Shown here: positions 50,719-63,328 of the stretch, piece after piece
How positions within the stretch are numbered: position 1 is the first letter of the stretch
Layout of the letters: each line of letters begins with the position of its first letter
Notes under the pieces: generated by a model
The model's input: the letters and a program-made list of their open reading frames with translations, nothing else
Databases searched by the model: none
Told to the model about the DNA's origin: nothing
Position numbers and translations under genes: made by a program
Origin: Lepidodermella squamata
Lineage: Eukaryota > Animalia > Gastrotricha
DNA: 64,000 bases
Direction of reading: 5' to 3'
Assembly (NCBI GenBank): GCA_047495785.1
Contig: JBLDXI010000016.1
Span: 496,001-560,000, forward strand

Positions 50719-51958
50719 ATGCGTCTGTTTCAGACACTATTTTCCTTGGCGATTCTCCAGTTTGCTGGAACGTATGGTTCGAAAAGTCCAAATTGGCTTC
50801 ATGTTGGTGGAGACGCCGATCACACAGGGTACAAGGCCGAAACACTTGGCTCTGTCAAATCTGTAGAAATAGCTTGGACACTCCAAATCGGCGGAATCAG
50901 AACAGAGGAAAATCCATTATCTAGACCTTTGATTCTAAATTCCACTCTCTACTACGTCACAAGCTCTGGCCTGCTCTACGTGATTGATCCGAAATCTGGT
51001 AAGGTGGAAAATAAGGTGAAAATCGACCCGTCAGGCCAAAATCCAGACTTCTACTTCTCAACAATTGACGACGTGAATTCCTTGCTGTTTACCTGCGACG
51101 CTGGAGCAAACAAGCTTCATGGAGTCACTTTGGCAAAAGGCCGGGAGAAGGTCATGTGGAGTGCTACTTTGAAACAATGTGGCGATTTGATAGCTAGTAA
51201 ACAGCTCAAGCGAGTCTTTGCTGTGGAATGTTTGGACTGGAACAAGTGCCATCTCGCAGCGTTTAATTCGCTAACTGGAGAGCCTATTAAAATGAAAGTG
51301 ACCACTCAGTTTCTCACCGCCTTGTCTTTATACCAAGGTGGGAGAAATCCATATTCAACTTCCTATTTCTATCCATTTTCTGCCATTAGGAAATCGTCTT
51401 TTTGGGATCGGTAACAACTCATTCCTCGTGGAATTCGATGCAACCAATGCCGGCGATGTGCTTTGGAAGCTTCCTTACACCGAAGCTTACGATCTAGAGG
51501 ATTACCCGCCAGCAGTGATCCAAGGCACTACTTTTGTCCCAGATGGTGACGTAATAGTAGCTGCGGTTGACGTCGAGGCTCCTAAGACTATTTGGACGTC
51601 GAATTCTAGCGACACGCCCTTTGAGAGCTGTTTGCCACAAGGCTCTTCTGATGGCGCGTTTTTCTATCGAATCTGCGAGTTTTCCGTTCATAAACAAGAC
51701 ATTAAAACGGGGAAATTCGTCATGAAATACGGCGATAATTTAGATGACATCGCTGATAGGCCAATCGTTACTGATGATGTTGTTATCGTGCCTCTAGGCC
51801 GTGGAATTTTTGTCTATGACAAAACCAGCGGTAAACAGTTGGCAAGCTTTGTTACAGGGGATAGATACCCATTACAAGGCTATTTCGCCTATTCCGAAGG
51901 TGTTGTGTATGCTGTTGAAGAGTTCGATTTCATGTACGCAATGAAAATCGGTCAGTAA
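50719..51958 (+). CDS. Secreted PQQ-like/BamB-type beta-propeller protein (about 395 aa)
   Basis: Exons 50719-51337 and 51390-51958; signal peptide; WLHVGGDADHTG N-terminal motif; repeated blades (LYVIDPKSGK, AAFNSLTGE, FDATNAGDVLWK, DIKTGK, YDKTSGK). Confidence 0.85.
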
Positions 51959-52526
51959 AATTCAGCTTTTGAAACCTGTAGAGCCTTTTACCAATTTCGC
52001 AAAAGATGTTCAAAGAAATTCTAGACGGTCCGACCTTGGTCATGATTGACGTCAGCCGCATTGGGTGAGTTGGATAAAGTTTCGGGCGTGTCGTAGGCTC
52101 TAATCTAAGACAAGCCTGGGGTTATGACGACATTCCTTACAGCTGCCTTATCTGACGCAGCAGAGGTGCAATAATTAGCTGGACTCAGCTATTTTGTTTT
52201 TATACAACGAGGCAAGCGAATAACTCCTGGATCATGTGCGGGAAATGAAAAAAAAATGGCAAATGACGTTAAACACCAGTGGCATAGAATTGAAAGCTGG
52301 GGTAGTTCGGAAGACAGTAAACCAATAAGGCAAGAAATGACCATGCAGAACAACGAGTCACACAGTCGAAATATGCTTGGTTATTTTCAGCCGCACTCCT
52401 CATCCGTGACTCTACGCCCGATGTTCAATTTTATACTCTATAATTAGCACTTATCAATTTCTCACCCTCAAAGTTTCGATCTAGGGAAAAACATTCTCAG
52501 TATTACCATTTGTAATACTTCTCAAG

Positions 52527-55275
52527 ATGAGCTTTGCTTATTTAAGTTTGCTGATCGCGTCTATTCTAAGCGTTGTAAGACCGGACCAGAATGTCACTGC
52601 CGTTGAGTTGAACAGCACAATGCCAGAATATCTCGAATCGTCTCTCGGCGAGAATCGAACTATACCACTCAGCATTTTCGCCGCCCTGAGCTATGGCGGG
52701 GATGTGTCCCCTCTCGGACCTGTCTGCTCGACGTCAATGGAAATCGCCCTAGATCGACTCCACTCCAATCCTGAGTGGATCCCTGGCTACAAATTACGGA
52801 TAGATTTGGTTGATGATGAAGTGAGCTTTACATCCTAATCTTAAACTATTTATTAACACAATTTACAGTGTATCGAGTACGGAACGATTAGTGGGATCAT
52901 GGGCCTGCTAAGATCGAAAGACGACTATGGGGATAGGATCCCACTTATGGCTCAAACTGGCTGTGAAAGACTTGGTCAGCTTATTATGGCGGAAGCTGTG
53001 AAGCACTTTGATACAGTTATGGTGAGCAAATCTAGCCTTAATTTCTCTGATTAATCTTGCTTCAATAGATCGGATTTTGGTCCAACTCGAAGGAACTGTT
53101 AGAGGATAGGAAACGCTACAGCAACTTTTATGGCTTAGGAACAGTCGGGGACTACATAACCATTCCAACGAGAAATTTCTTCCTAAAAATGGGCTGGTCA
53201 CATTTTTCAATTTTATCAGAGCAGACCTCTTTCTACGACATGATCGAGAGCTCGATGATTGACGGTTTAGCTCGGGTTAATATCACCCTAGTTTCAATCG
53301 AAGATCTCGAATACACCGATTTTGATTCTGAAATAATTGCAACAACTTTTGACCGAATTGTCAACTCCAATATTAGAGTCATAATCGTACTTGCTGATTA
53401 CGGAGCAGCGAGAGCTTGTTGGTTGTACAAGGCCGGCTTGTTCGGGCCTAGCTTTGTTACGTTTTTCCCGAAATGGACCGATTTGCTGACAATTCCTGAG
53501 GAAATGACTTGGTGCACATTGGATATGGTTCATCAAGTTCTGGAAAGCTCCCTCATAATAGGCGATGTCAGTATGCCTGAGGCGTTTGGCCGCAATTACA
53601 ACGACTCGACCGGTTTTGCGACTGAAGATTGGGAAAGAAGTATCAGAGAGAGGATTATCGATGTGGATAGCAGTCCTTACTGGGTTTACTGGACCCCGAT
53701 ATGCTACGATTTGATATTATACGTAGGTGAAACAATAGCCGAGATCGAAAGGCTTTTTTCCAAAGGTGGGTCCAAATTGATCCACTAGACTCGACTTTTA
53801 TTGCGATTTTTTCTAGAGAATCTAACACTGGTAGACCTCACCTCTCAAAGCAGGGCGCCTAATATCGACATTCTGCAACTGGTAAATCTTGCGGTGGAAA
53901 GGACTGATTTTTCTGGGTTCAAAGGCTACTACAGCTTTGATAACGAAACCCATACAAATTCGAGGGGGTATGTTCCGTTTCTTTTCACTCAAATGGATTC
54001 GAATGGAACTTGGAAAGCCATAGCTGAAGATCGAGCTGGGGACCTTATTCTCTATGAGGAACACATGAATTGGCGAACTAGGGATGGCAAACCTCCTAGG
54101 GACATGCTAACCATTGAGCTGGTCGAAGTTCCAAGTGTCTCAAGCTCCACATTCGGGCTCTTTTCTGGTATGATTTTGAAACTATCAAGTTTATTGCTAG
54201 AACTTTAATTTTCCAAGGTTTCGCTGCGCTGGAAATTATAGCAGCAATTCTGTCCTTATTCTTTTCATATAATGCTCGGAAAATCTCAAACCCGAAATTT
54301 CGAGACTCCTCCAGGCCTAATCTCATGGAACTATCGGCTACATGTGGAAACTTGATGATGCTAAGCCATGTTTTCGCTATGCCATACGGGTTATCACATG
54401 ACATGGTAATTCACTGTTCATGGACAACGAGTCTGCTCGTAATAGGTTATTCTTTGACATCTATCGGTGTTTTACTGCTGTTGGGAAGAAGTGACGAGCC
54501 GAAGGTTAACGTATATCGGCGATACAGCAGCCGCTATTCCATAAACCAGCTCCCCAATGTTCCGACGAATCCGATCTTCTCGATTGCGTGCCTTCTAGCA
54601 AGCTGTGCTTTGTACCTTGTTGCAATATTGAATGGACTTATTACTACGACGGCTGTCTTCGGCGAGGTATTACCGTCTCCTCATGACGACAGTGTCGTTT
54701 TTCAGCTGTTCGCCACTAGATGTGAGATAGGAGGCAATGCGTCGCAGGTTAATCTTTCTTTATTGGCGGCTGTTGGAGCAGTTCAGGGGTTGATCATTTT
54801 ACGGATACTTTTCCTCTGCTATCAAAGGAACGTAGTAAGTGATGACTGAAATGAGATTTTAGCTTAAAAATTTCGAAAGATACAAAAACAGCTAATTTTG
54901 AAAATACTTTATTTATTGAAAAACCGAAAATACTAAAAACCGGAATTTCTTCCTTTCCAGAGTCTGCGTAACAATCAAACTGGTCATAGATTGGCTGCGA
55001 AAATTGTAGCTCTCAATTTGATTCTGCTCCTAGCTGGCAGCGTCTGTGCTTTCATGCTGATATCCAGCATCTTTCAAGTCATCGCTGTAGTCACGTTTCT
55101 CTACGTTTTCATGATCTCTTTTGCGCTATACGCTGATAGAGTGAGTTTTAACTAACTTTACACTTCACCTGTTGTAACAATTTGCTTTTCCCTTTTAAAG
55201 GTCACTGTAAAAGTAGACGCGGCAAATTCCCGAGCAAGTCGACGCAGCTCTAATTATCGACTATATTACCTTTAG
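52527..55275 (+). CDS. Class C GPCR F (GABA-B-like, VFT+7TM), apparently intact
   Basis: Exons 52527-52820, 52869-53021, 53069-53765, 53817-54167, 54218-54834, 54961-55140, 55201-55275, all GT-AG and in frame; close paralog of E. Confidence 0.9.
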
Positions 55276-56224
55276 TTAATTGTATTTCTATAATCGCACA
55301 GCATGGCTTCTGTAAGTACAGACATTAAAGCAGACACTATCAGAATTGAGCCAGTTATAAATTTCGAGATAATCTCGATTATAGAAAACTGACATCAAAA
55401 TGGTTGATACATTTTGAAATATGTCATCGGAAAATCGGATGTCATCCTGCTGTCAAATTTGCAGGTAAATGGATGCTGTCTTTGTGACGTAGGATCTATA
55501 GATGTCAGAATGCGAAATTTCGAGGTATAAGAGAGCTGGAAGCCAAAGTTTCGAAAACACCCCTGGAGAAATGCGATTAGTTTTTGGAAAAGAGGAAAAT
55601 AAAGAAAATATGAATAAATTCAGGTTTCTTACGCTAAATCTGAGGTTCCGGTACAGATTTCCCTAACCCCTGCCAACTAATCCCTGAACTAACCCGGTGG
55701 TCTTCCTCGCCCTCGGGATTCTGACATACTGCTTTTTTACACCCTGCGAGAAAGGTTCTATAAGGGTATCCGAAAAAGCGTATCCGAACAGTGGGATGAG
55801 TCGTTCGAATAGGCATGAAATTTCCTACAACGAGTCACTTTACGAATGCTTGTTACGAGCATCTTGCGTTATGTCGAACTTGGGCGCCAAACACGAAGCG
55901 GAAGCAGCTCATACCGCGACAAGGTATTCACGTGATTTGATTATGAGTCATCGAGAAATCTATTTGCACGTACTAGATGAGATTCAGCTTCAGATTAGTA
56001 GTCGGTCACAGGGTCCGCGATCTTGGATCTTGGATCCTGGAGCTGCCAGATATGAAAAATGCTGTTTTAGCCAAAATGACTGGTGATTTCAACCAAAAAC
56101 GAGCGAAGCGAGGAAATTTTGAAGATGTTCCTCTAAAACACGCTCCAAAAACCTTGGTGAAACAGCGCCGTGATAAATTTTCATTTTCTTTCCCGGTTTG
56201 GCCGAGCTGGGGGGGTGCAGAAGT

Positions 56225-56385
56225 AGTGCGAAGTAGGATCCGGGAGCTGAGGTGTTTTCTACTTGTTTTTTAGGACCCAGCCGAAGAACCCAAAGTGGCC
56301 CCCCTGTGGTTTTTCAGCTTTCCTCTGGTTGTAGTCCCGGAGCTGGGGTGTCGTGACACCCCAGCAACCCTGTACTTCGCACCCT
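56225..56385. mobile_element. Second copy of the short gtgcgaagta-TIR element
   Basis: Matches 30302-30434; ends tacttcgcaccctg. Confidence 0.75.
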
Positions 56386-57141
56386 GGGGGGATGATAGTA
56401 CCCCGAAAGTAGTACACTGAACCGACAAACTCTGATCGTTTTACATATATTTAATGAACGCTTTATTCATAGCTTCAATGAATGCCCTTATTACGACATG
56501 GTGTTGAGAAATGGTCAACGCATTATCACCAACACTGTCCACTCAATATTCCCGTCCGTAAGAATGAGTTTCTGATTCCGTGAAGTGAGACTGGTTTTCC
56601 TCATGTGCCCACGCCCTTGCCCAGCAGCCCGGCGCGGACTGATTGACAGCAATTACAGGCTGGTCATCCATTATACCGCGTACCCCTTAGAAATTGATCA
56701 ACTGCTAATCAAGAACAACACCTGCTACTTCAAAGCATGTCTGCAACTGTCGCCGAGTATCAGGTTGAAATTCATTAGGCTAAATTTCGCAGTATATCAC
56801 CATGATATCACCGCTAATTGAGTTGAATGAAACCGGCGTCTGTGACACAAGCCACTGGAGCATAACGCCGGGAATAACCGCTTATACCTGATGTCGGTTT
56901 TATAGGAACTTGTTTACGAGCTTTTTCGAGCTAAATGAGATTATAGCCTGTCATGTAATCCCGCTTGGCACATCGCTCAGCGCACTCGTGATAATCCGCG
57001 CACTCTTTCACAACCTATATTTGAACGGCTTATCCCCCTATAATCTGGTCATACACGTCAAGTCTCGGTAAAATCGGCTAGCATTATTTAAACCCGCCAT
57101 TGCGGTTATTTTTGCATGCCGTGAGGAAAAAGCTCTGTATT

Positions 57142-57799
57142 ATGAACTGTTGGCGAATTGTCGTAGCGAGTTTCCTGCCGATTTGCCTGCAACATTTTGC
57201 CGTTATGGCCGTACCTACCCAAGCTTCGATGGCGGAATCATCCGATGACTCATACGACGCTGTTCGCAATGCTCTAGCTGGTAAGAATACTTTAAAAATT
57301 TTGATTTCAATTTCCTAAAATTTTCTAAAATTTCGAATTTCGATTTTTCGATTTGAAATATCTTTTGAAAAATTTGAAAAATAGAAATAAAATATTTCGA
57401 ATTTTTCAGAAGTTCAGATTCGTACCGGACAAATTTAGAGAGCTAATTTTTCGATTTTTTTCAGAGCACATCTGGATCAAAATTATGAAAAAGCAACCGA
57501 AAGCAGCTTTCGAAGGTCTGAAAGCTCTAGCAGCGTATGAACGCGAGAAATCGCTCCTGCGATGCCGGCAAATGATGCCGGACGAATCGGCGAATGGCCA
57601 ATCGCATTCGCTGTGCCAAAACACTTCACCGCAACCATTCTACTTGTGGGCGCGATTCGCAGCCCGGGCTATTGTATCACCCGACCGGCGATGGGACGGC
57701 ATGTGGAAGGCGATTGTATCGACACGGCTGAAAGCGGCTGAAAAGGTGAAAGGCAAGGCGAATTCGAATCAAGCCAATTCAACGCGGCGGCCGAAGTAA
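57142..57799 (+). CDS. Secreted SPDRR-family orphan protein, divergent copy 4
   Basis: Exons 57142-57280 and 57465-57799 with the same phase-1 intron; RC..LCQNTSPQPFYLW..IVSPDRR; AATAAA at about 57830. Confidence 0.85.
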
Positions 57800-58942
57800 C
57801 AAAAGCAAAAAGCAAACTTTGACATTTTGAATAAATTCAATTTTTCTTTATTTGTGAATATTCGTCTCATCAGGAATAAAATTGGGAAGTTGATATAGTT
57901 AAAAAATTTCATATTTTTATTTTCATACCTGTTGTCTGAGATTTTTCAGAATTTTTCTGTTGTTGTACCATTTTTCAATAATAATGTTAGCTCATCTGGT
58001 CAAATGTCACATAGTCTATCCCATGACGGTGAATCAAGGCATTAGTATAACAACATCCGGTATTAGTAAAAATCTCAGCTAATGGACAGTGGCATTGATC
58101 GACTTTTGATATTATCAACTGTCCATCATAATTTAGTGATATCTAATTAAACGTGAAAAAGGGGTCATACTTCGGGCAACAACGTCACGCGGCTATATCG
58201 TCGTGGCGATTCAATAGTTCCGGATTCAAAATTAGTTCCAATAGTTCCGGAGCCATCATGGACAAGTGGTCATCTCACTCTGTCATTATTCACGTGCCCG
58301 AAAATGACCTATTTACGCCGAAGGAGTTCGTTAGCGACCTACTTCCTTAATTTCGGACAGCACCGATGAATAAATTGGGCGGTCTTAATAAAAATGGAAA
58401 CTTGAAAAAATAATCCAAGACATATTTTTTGCAATTTGAAAATCGTCCTAGAATCTCCCTGGTGTGCCTAATGTGTCCGGCCCGAAATTAAAACCCCGTA
58501 CAGTGCGTTTTTTCTACGCCATCTCATTTTGTGGGATAAAATCGCATAAAAAAACGGAAAAACATTGCTGTCCAAATTTGGTTACACCTGAAGTTTTTAA
58601 CCATTTTGCAAATAACGTAAAATCAAGATTAAGGACATTTTTGGATTCGATTGATTAGACCTTGAAATTTCCATTTGAGTTGAAAATTGTTCTCTGTTGA
58701 TAACATTCAAAATAATTAAAATAATTTGTGCAAGAAATTCCACAACAAAATTTGAATGCTATTGAGTGTGGAAATTGCATTCATTTAATTACTCCCGTGC
58801 GTGTTTAATCGGCCCCTTGAAAGTTTTATTGCGCCTCAAAAATTATTCAGGTCATCACGCGCGGTTTTAATTACTTTGACGCGCTTTGATGCGACTATGA
58901 AATGATACGTATCAAACCGAGAGACATACTGCTTTATTTATT

Positions 58943-61427
58943 ATGTTGCATCTTTGTGAGATGCGTTCGCCTCAATTTAAGAAATCTGTCTCGTATGCTG
59001 ATGAGAAGCGAAATTTAACCGATGGTGAACATTCGATTGACATATTTATCGAACCGATTATAGCTAATCAGAAAATCGAGAATGCCCTGTGGAATTCCGG
59101 TAATTTTCAGAAAATTCTTGAAAAAAATTAGAAATTTGTTTCATGTTCCAAAAATTAAGTTGGAGCAACCATTCTGCTGCTGACGGCTCTTTTATTCTGT
59201 TCTATCACGATTTTCGGCGTTGTCGGGTCGTTACTAACCGATAGCTATGAGGCCTATTCAGAAGCCAACGAAATCACGGCCAATTTTAGCCAAGACATCG
59301 TGACGCGAGCTTGCAAGAGCGATGCCTGCTTTCGAAAAATCAACGACATTTTCCGATCGATGAACCGAGCCGCTGATCGCTGCGAAAATTTCTTCGAATA
59401 TGCTTGCGGCCGCTTCGAGATTGAAAAATCAAAAATCGATTTGCACGATCCAAGAACGCAATTTTTGAAAATATTAGGTTAGGATTTAAAAACCTTAAAT
59501 TTAAACAATCAAATAAATTGCATTTTTCGAAAAGTTCAAATTTCAAGAAAATTCAAAATTTAAATTTTTTTGAATTTTCAGAAATTTCAGAAATTTCAAT
59601 TTTGTTAAATTTTTAAATTCTTTTAAATTTTCAGAATTTAAATTTTTCAACTTTTTTATAGACGGAACTGCCGATTTTAATTTCAAATGGATGACAGATC
59701 GAAAAGTTATCGATTTCTTCGAAGCTTGTATGAATGATCTTCGACCAGAGGAAGAAAACATCGATAGGGCTCTTCCAATAATTCGCGATATGGGCGGCTT
59801 CAATTCGCATTTAATCCGCGATTTTTCAACCTTCAATTCTCAGCTGCAAAAACTGCTCGCCTACAACCTGGACAATTTGATACAGATTGACGTCGAAATT
59901 GACCCAATTACGGACACTCACGTGTCGTCACTCCCGAAAATTGTCGTAAGACACGGCAGTTTGTGGGGGTGTTTGTGGCCGTGTTCGAAAAAGGACTCGC
60001 TAATGAATTTAGCCTCGAAATTGGGCGGGCCTGATGCGATGCAAATCAACGAAATTGTCAATTTTGAACTCAATTTATCCGCAATTGACATGTACCATGA
60101 TTCGGACGATTTCGATTCAAATTTTACGAATATCGGAAATCTATCGATTTGCTGTTCTATTATCGATTGGGCATCGATTGGGAAATCGCTGAAAATCGAT
60201 TTCTCTATGCTGGAAATTCGAGTCGAACTGAAATTATGCGATTTCCTAACAAAAGTTTGCAGGATTCTCGAGGCTAAAATGAGGTCGATGGATGGTCAGT
60301 TGATGATCCAGAATTATTTCGTTTTCAAGGCGATTCGACCAGCCATACAACGAGGTCTTGGAATAGCGTCGCAATGCTTAGATGACGTAGTTAAATTCAT
60401 GCCATTAGCTGTTGGGTCAATCTATCGGCGGGCGTTTTTCAATGAAAAATCGATCAAATTTATTCGAGAAATTCAAAATTACACTATCGAATCGGCCAGG
60501 AAGGTGTTTTCAATCGATTTCGAGGTAAAATCCTAATTTGTAAAATTCAAAATTTTATTTTTATAAAAATTTAAAAAATTTGAAATTTTATTTATAATTT
60601 TAATTTTTTAATTTTTAATTATTTAATATTCATAAAAAAAACAATTTTTTTAATAGGCCAATGTTGAGCTTCAACCTCCTGATTTTACGATCGATGAAGA
60701 TTCGCTGGGATCCTACTACAAAACGCTGATTATCGAAAGCCAATCTTATGCCTTGAGCCTATCGAACGCAAAATTCTTCCTATTGAACAGGACGGTGCAT
60801 CACTTTGAAAAAATCAAAAATAGTAATGGGTCTATTTTAGTCGAACTTTTCTACAGAGATCCGTTCCACTTGACTGCTTCTTATGATCTCAAATATTCGA
60901 CAGTAATTATTCCGGTCACAAGCTTAGTGGCGCCTTTATTCGATCTTTCGTACCCCTTCGCAGTGAATTTAGGCCAATTTGCGACTCAGTTGGCCCATCA
61001 AATCGCTCATTTATTGATATCTAGAGCTCGCGATAACATAATTTTGTCGAATAATTTAAGAAATGACCTCATTAATAATTTCCCGCAATCTCATGGTAAT
61101 AGTTGGAACCTAAGCCGCAAATTTGAGGATAATTTAGCTGAAATTATCGGCTTGAAGTTAGCGTATGATGTGTACAGCAAATACCGCCAGACTGTTTATT
61201 CGACTCGTGATTTTCCAGGCGCTAAATTGTTCTTCATATCCTACGTTCATGCTCATTGCAGCGAGTCTAGTGTTATTTTAGAAGGCAGTAATATCAATGA
61301 TTATAAGGTCAAGGTCATTCGAACGAATTCGCGCATTTCAACCGCCTTAGCCAATAACATTGCCTTCTCACGAATATTCGAATGCCCAGCTAATTTAACG
61401 CGTTATTTTGATAATGATAATAAATAA
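58943..61427 (+). CDS. Neprilysin/ECE-like M13 family type II membrane protein, probably catalytically inactive (about 700 aa)
   Basis: Exons 58943-59099, 59160-59477, 59662-60524, 60657-61427. N-terminal TM; DRCENFFEYACG; FFEACMN; NLG..LAHQIAH; DNLAEIIG; LFFISY..HC; FSRIFECP. Confidence 0.9.
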
Positions 61428-61605
61428 TATGATGAACCGAAATATTGTCCGGAATTGGGTCATTGCACCCAAGTTTTTTCTTCAAAATCTACCACGCTTT
61501 CCACCTTTTATGTATATCGGAAAGAAGAGTCGGACGCAAAAGCATAGTCACTTTATTCAATCATCTTCAACCGCCTCTCACAGTTTCCGCGGTGGGTACG
61601 CAGTT

Positions 61606-61965
61606 TCAAAGCTTCTGGTAGCTGAACAAAGAACGATCAAGTCCCTCGTCTCCAGGGAATACACACCGATTCGACAACCTGCACGTAGTTTGCTTGTCTC
61701 CGGAAATGATGATCGCCTTGCATTGGCTGTTCTCGCTGCACTTGGCGGCACAATTGGCAATGGGCGTATTGGCAAGTTCACTGCCCATCACTCCAGACAA
61801 GCAAGTCAACGCAACCTGCCTGTATCCAGCGGGAGCTGAAGAACAGATAAAAAAGAGTAATCATTTAAAGAAGTCGACGTTGACCAGCGCTGTGGACTTG
61901 CCTGGGCCTGCAGCTATTAACCCAACGAGCATCGCAACGACCAAGACTATGACTGGCTTGAACAT
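61606..61965 (-). CDS. Small secreted PAN/apple-like protein
   Basis: Exons 61965-61902 (signal peptide, GC donor) and 61835-61606; CLSG..CAAKC..CKA..CRLSNRC. Confidence 0.8.
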
Positions 61966-62037
61966 TTTCTTGAAACTTGAATTGTCACTTGTAAGAAGAA
62001 AGGAAATTAAAATGAATGGATCGGAGCTGCTCCAGTG

Positions 62038-63134
62038 TCTCGACTAGCCGTTTCCAAGCCACCTGCCGGCTATACAATCAACCATCCAGACAGTTCGAGG
62101 TTGTTTACAGCACGAGTGCAGAACTTGCAGACCTTCCCGGTAACCAAAGTTCATTTTCCCTATATCGCGCTCGCTCGCTACGCTCGCTCGCGCAAGAATA
62201 TTTTAACAGAGTTCATGCCAGAAAACAAGGTTTCAGAACTTGAAAATCTCATTTGCGAGCGAAGCGAGCTTTAGCTTGCGCTTTTTTGGGCATTTTCAAG
62301 CTGAAAATAGGTTTAGAAGGCGTTATAAAGGTGTTAGGAATCATGAAAAACTGGTGAACATTTTCAAGATTTCTTTGGAGGTTTTTAACACCCAAACTAC
62401 CCAAACCAGTGTTTCTCAAACTGGGGGTCGCCTGATGATATTCATGAATCTTGAATATTGCGAAAATGGAAAGTATTGCCAAAGAGGTCTCTATTCACTG
62501 GAATGGGCTCCCTATCCCGGAGGGTGATTGGCTCGTAAGAGAAGCGTTAAATGTGAGATTTGGAGGTGAAGCCGCGGCTTGGAATTTCAGAATGAATGAT
62601 CAACGATCAAAATTCCGCTTCGTGTCAAATTTGGTGAATAAGATTAATAACAAACCAGGCAAGCTGTCATTCATGAAATGAAAACATCCATCTCGCCTGC
62701 TATTTTGACAGAGACTTACGAATAAAATCGAGCGGAGCGAGAAATTTTTAGTTAATTTTTGTGTTAGGAACGCCGGGAAATGACAGGGAAAACCCAAATT
62801 TTGTTGGAAAATGACTGGGAAATTAGTAGTTTTTTCTTCATTTTTCCCGGAAATTTCCCTACGGCGGGAAATTTCCCGGTAACCGGGTTACCCGATTTTG
62901 CAAGTTCTGCACTCGTGGTTTACAGTGGTGATAAATTGACCGATCACGGATGATAAAAATGCACCGGTGGGTGGCAAAAATTTGCGCTACCGCATCAGGG
63001 CGCTGTATTAATTATTTCGCCGGTGCATTTTTATCATCGGTGATCGGTCAATTTATCATCAGTGTAAACAACCTTGAACTGTCTGTGTGGTTGCTTGTAT
63101 AGCCGGCAGGTGGCTTGGAAATGGCTAGTCGAGA
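62038..63134. mobile_element. Foldback element (arms about 115 bp) carrying a nested hAT MITE
   Basis: The left arm is 62038-62110 continuing at 62926-62968, mirrored by about 63020-63134. Confidence 0.85.
62111..62917. mobile_element. hAT-type non-autonomous element, 8-bp TSD
   Basis: TIR cacgagtgcagaacttgca; TSD gtttacag at 62103-62110 and 62918-62925. Confidence 0.92.
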
Positions 63135-63328
63135 TGAAGTGAAAGTTTTTATTGCAGCTAGAAGTTTTGACCTCCGGTTCACATACTTCAAATTCGTCAG
63201 TAATTTGAAATCTTCAGGGTAGAAAATGATCGGATTTGCGATTCGCAACTGTCTCACTTTATTCAAAGTATCTTTAACTGACTCTCATGCGGCTCTCACA
63301 TCCGCAGAATAATGCATCATCGACTACT

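Noticed and set aside
1950-55690. Telomere or interstitial telomeric arrays (TTAGGG-like at about 2015, 17595, 21497, 55660)
   Set aside because: Only one to three degenerate units each, mostly within small repeat elements.
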